From the NCBI RefSeq assembly GCF_006345805.1, contig NC_043007.1, positions 39,308,001-39,372,000 of the forward strand: 64,000 bases of DNA, read 5' to 3'. Position numbers and translations under genes: made by a program. Of the stretch, positions 61,786 to 64,000 are shown piece by piece. The first letter of the stretch is position 1. Every line of letters begins with the position of its first letter. Source of the DNA: Octopus sinensis. Its lineage: Eukaryota. The notes beneath the pieces were generated by a model that had not been told where the DNA came from, made no database searches, and saw only the letters and a program-made list of their open reading frames with translations.

Positions 61786-62553
61786 GTGTAAGTCATTGTT
61801 TGTACCCCCACATACCATTTGAGACTGCTTCATAACTTAGCAAAAGAGACTACTGGAATATGTACTTGACTTAAAAATAAGTACTAGGGTCAATTGTGTA
61901 GCTAAACCTTTCAAGGTGGTGCCCTTGCATGTTATGGCTGCAGTTCAATGACTGGAGCAAGCAAAAGATGTAAAGTCTACAACCAGCATTTTGAGGTTTT
62001 ATTCAATAGTATTGAACCGAAAATGGTCAAATGTAAACCCATTTTGCAAAATGAAGCATGTCTGCTTCCCAGCCACAGAGTTCCAAGTTCAGTCCCACTG
62101 CATGGCACCTTGAGCAAGAGTCTTCTACTGAAGCACCAGGCCAACCAAAGCCTTGGGAGTGGATTTGGTAGATGGAAACTGAAAGAAGCCCATTGTATAA
62201 TGTGCATGTGTGTGTGTGTATGCTTGCATGCATGTGTATGTGTGTCTTTTTCTTGGCATGGTGTGATAGTTGTAAATGATTGTCACTGTCATACATGCAG
62301 TGTCATTCATTTCCAATATTCTTCAAGCTAAGTGTTACTGAAGGTGTATGGCTTAGTGGTTAAAACCATTTGACTAAGGATCGTAAGGTCGTGGGTTCAA
62401 TTCCTGGTGGTACATTGTATTCTTGAGCAAGACCCTTTATTTTGCATTGCTCCAGTTGACTCAGCTGGCAAAAATGAGCAGTGTCTGCATTTCAAAGGGC
62501 CAGACTTGTCACATTCTGTGTCATGCTGAATCACTCTGAGGAACTTACATTAA

Positions 62554-63599
62554 CCCTTTCGTTACTATATTTCTGACCAAAATACACCCCTTATGTGTTT
62601 CAATTAATTTCTAACATAATCATAAATTTAGTCTGGTTTCATTAAACAACTATAACTTTTTTATTTATAAATATATTAATGTGATGTTTGGAAGATAATT
62701 TAATGAAATGTTCTCAACCAATTCTATACTATAATTTTTGTCACAAAGTGACTCTAATTGCAGGTAGATACAGGTAAATTCAACAAAATATAAAATTATT
62801 AAAATTTTGTTCAAACATCGCTATAGAAAATGGGTTATTAGCTAATATTCAATTGGGTATACAACAAAATTTTACGATAGAATTTGTTATTCTGGGTAAC
62901 TTTCTGATACCCATAATAATATTTATGGCAAAATAGTCTTAATTTCATTTAAGGTTATGGGAAACCACTAACTATCCTTTCTTTCGCTTTGTTTACATTT
63001 AGCATAACGGTTCGTTTCCGCCGTAATGATTTCAAATAGGCTCATTCGAAAAAGTAAAAAGAAATAGTCTAAGGCTTTACTCTTCTGGGAAAGTCTGTGG
63101 CTTGGTCCAGTTTCTTCAGAAAAATCACCGAAAGAAACAGTTTTTAAATTTTCACTCCATTCAGGTGCCAATTCATTTTCTTTATCGCTGTCGGAGCTCT
63201 CGGATTCACTGTTTTCACTTTCGGAAAATGAAACATCAGATTCATTATCAAATATCACATGCTTTTTTTTTTCAGTCATAGAGTTAGATTTATGAAGGTC
63301 TTCAGTAGAAAATCCTTTGAATTCTGACTCGCTGCTTGATATAATGAAATTTGTATCCATTTTTTGTCAGAATTACAAATTTTGAAAACACCTATTGTTC
63401 ACGGAATTAAAATTACACTTCGATTCTTGTACAAAACTGTAGTTGAACTGTTTACGAAGTATAATACGAATGTACGAATGTACTAAAGAGATTTGCTCTG
63501 ATATTCTCATTTAAATATGAATAGGTAAATACGGGCGGGTTTGGTCACATTAACCAAAATTTTTTTTGGGCGGCTTTGGGCGGTTTGGTAATGAAAGGG
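62554..63599 (-). mobile_element. Internally deleted piggyBac transposon (1046 bp)
   Basis: TTAA at 62550-62553 and 63600-63603; TIRs CCCTTTCGTTAC and (rc) CCCTTTCATTAC. Confidence 0.93.
62968..63360 (-). pseudogene. piggyBac transposase N-terminal ORF (130 aa, truncated before the DDD catalytic core)
   Basis: Acidic Ser-rich N-terminus then W..F..TGP..ALDYFFLLF..LFEIITAETNRYA, the start of the piggyBac transposase domain. Confidence 0.85.
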
Positions 63600-64000
63600 T
63601 TAAAGGCACATGTGTCTGTGGAGTGCTCAGCTACTTGCCCATTAATTTCACAAGAAGGCTGTTCCGTTGGTCAGATCAACTGGAACCTTCTTCATCATAA
63701 TCAATGAAGTGCTAGTAAGTGTTAGTGACAAGAAGGGCATCTGGCTATACAAAATCTGTCACAATAAACTCTGACCCATGCAAGCATGGGAAAGTGGACA
63801 TTAAGTGATGATGCACTATAAGAATTTAAGTAATATAGCAAATTTGACAAAGTAGGAATAATGTTTAAGTTAAGGCATGTTAATTAAGCAGTAATTATGT
63901 TGTATTGTCAATTAAGCAGTAAGTTCAGTAGTAACTAATTAACTGTAAATAATGCATTTCTACAGAAGCAAGTAATTTTTTAAAATCCAGAAAATGTTTT

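Larger units (their letters stand above)
62340..63715 (+). mobile_element. Family A' SINE split by the piggyBac element
   Basis: 62340-62553 plus 63604-63715 rejoin to match 6440-6770. Confidence 0.85.

Overview
AT-rich, microsatellite-saturated eukaryotic DNA. The repeat families (tRNA-derived SINEs, CORE-like SINE, RTE/CR1/R4/Tx1/Penelope relics, TTAA MITEs) look to me like an octopus (coleoid cephalopod) genome; that assignment is recall, not a database result. No host gene can be supported confidently. Most ORF-track entries are translations of (AT)n/(AC)n/(AAT)n repeats, and only weak candidate exons exist. Recognisable coding relics are all transposon-derived: R4/Dong restriction-like endonuclease, CR1 RT C-terminus, two RTE 3' ends, a Tx1/L1 3' end, a Penelope RT-thumb/GIY-YIG relic, and a piggyBac transposase N-terminus in a TTAA-flanked element. 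There are many nested insertions with readable TSDs/TIRs, including a non-autonomous Helitron, and three 0.95-1.6 kb tandem duplications whose junctions lie in (AT)n tracts (possibly assembly artefacts). The most notable signal is hammerhead ribozyme (HHR) motifs. Five are conventional minimal type I motifs from three families, most with core mutations. Two otherwise dissimilar elements (21070-21131 +, 24681-24747 -) carry the full HHR core with helices I and III in exact register, but in a strand order that is not a circular permutation of types I-III. Interspersed-repeat boundaries are approximate (about +/-10-20 nt) unless TSDs/TIRs are quoted.
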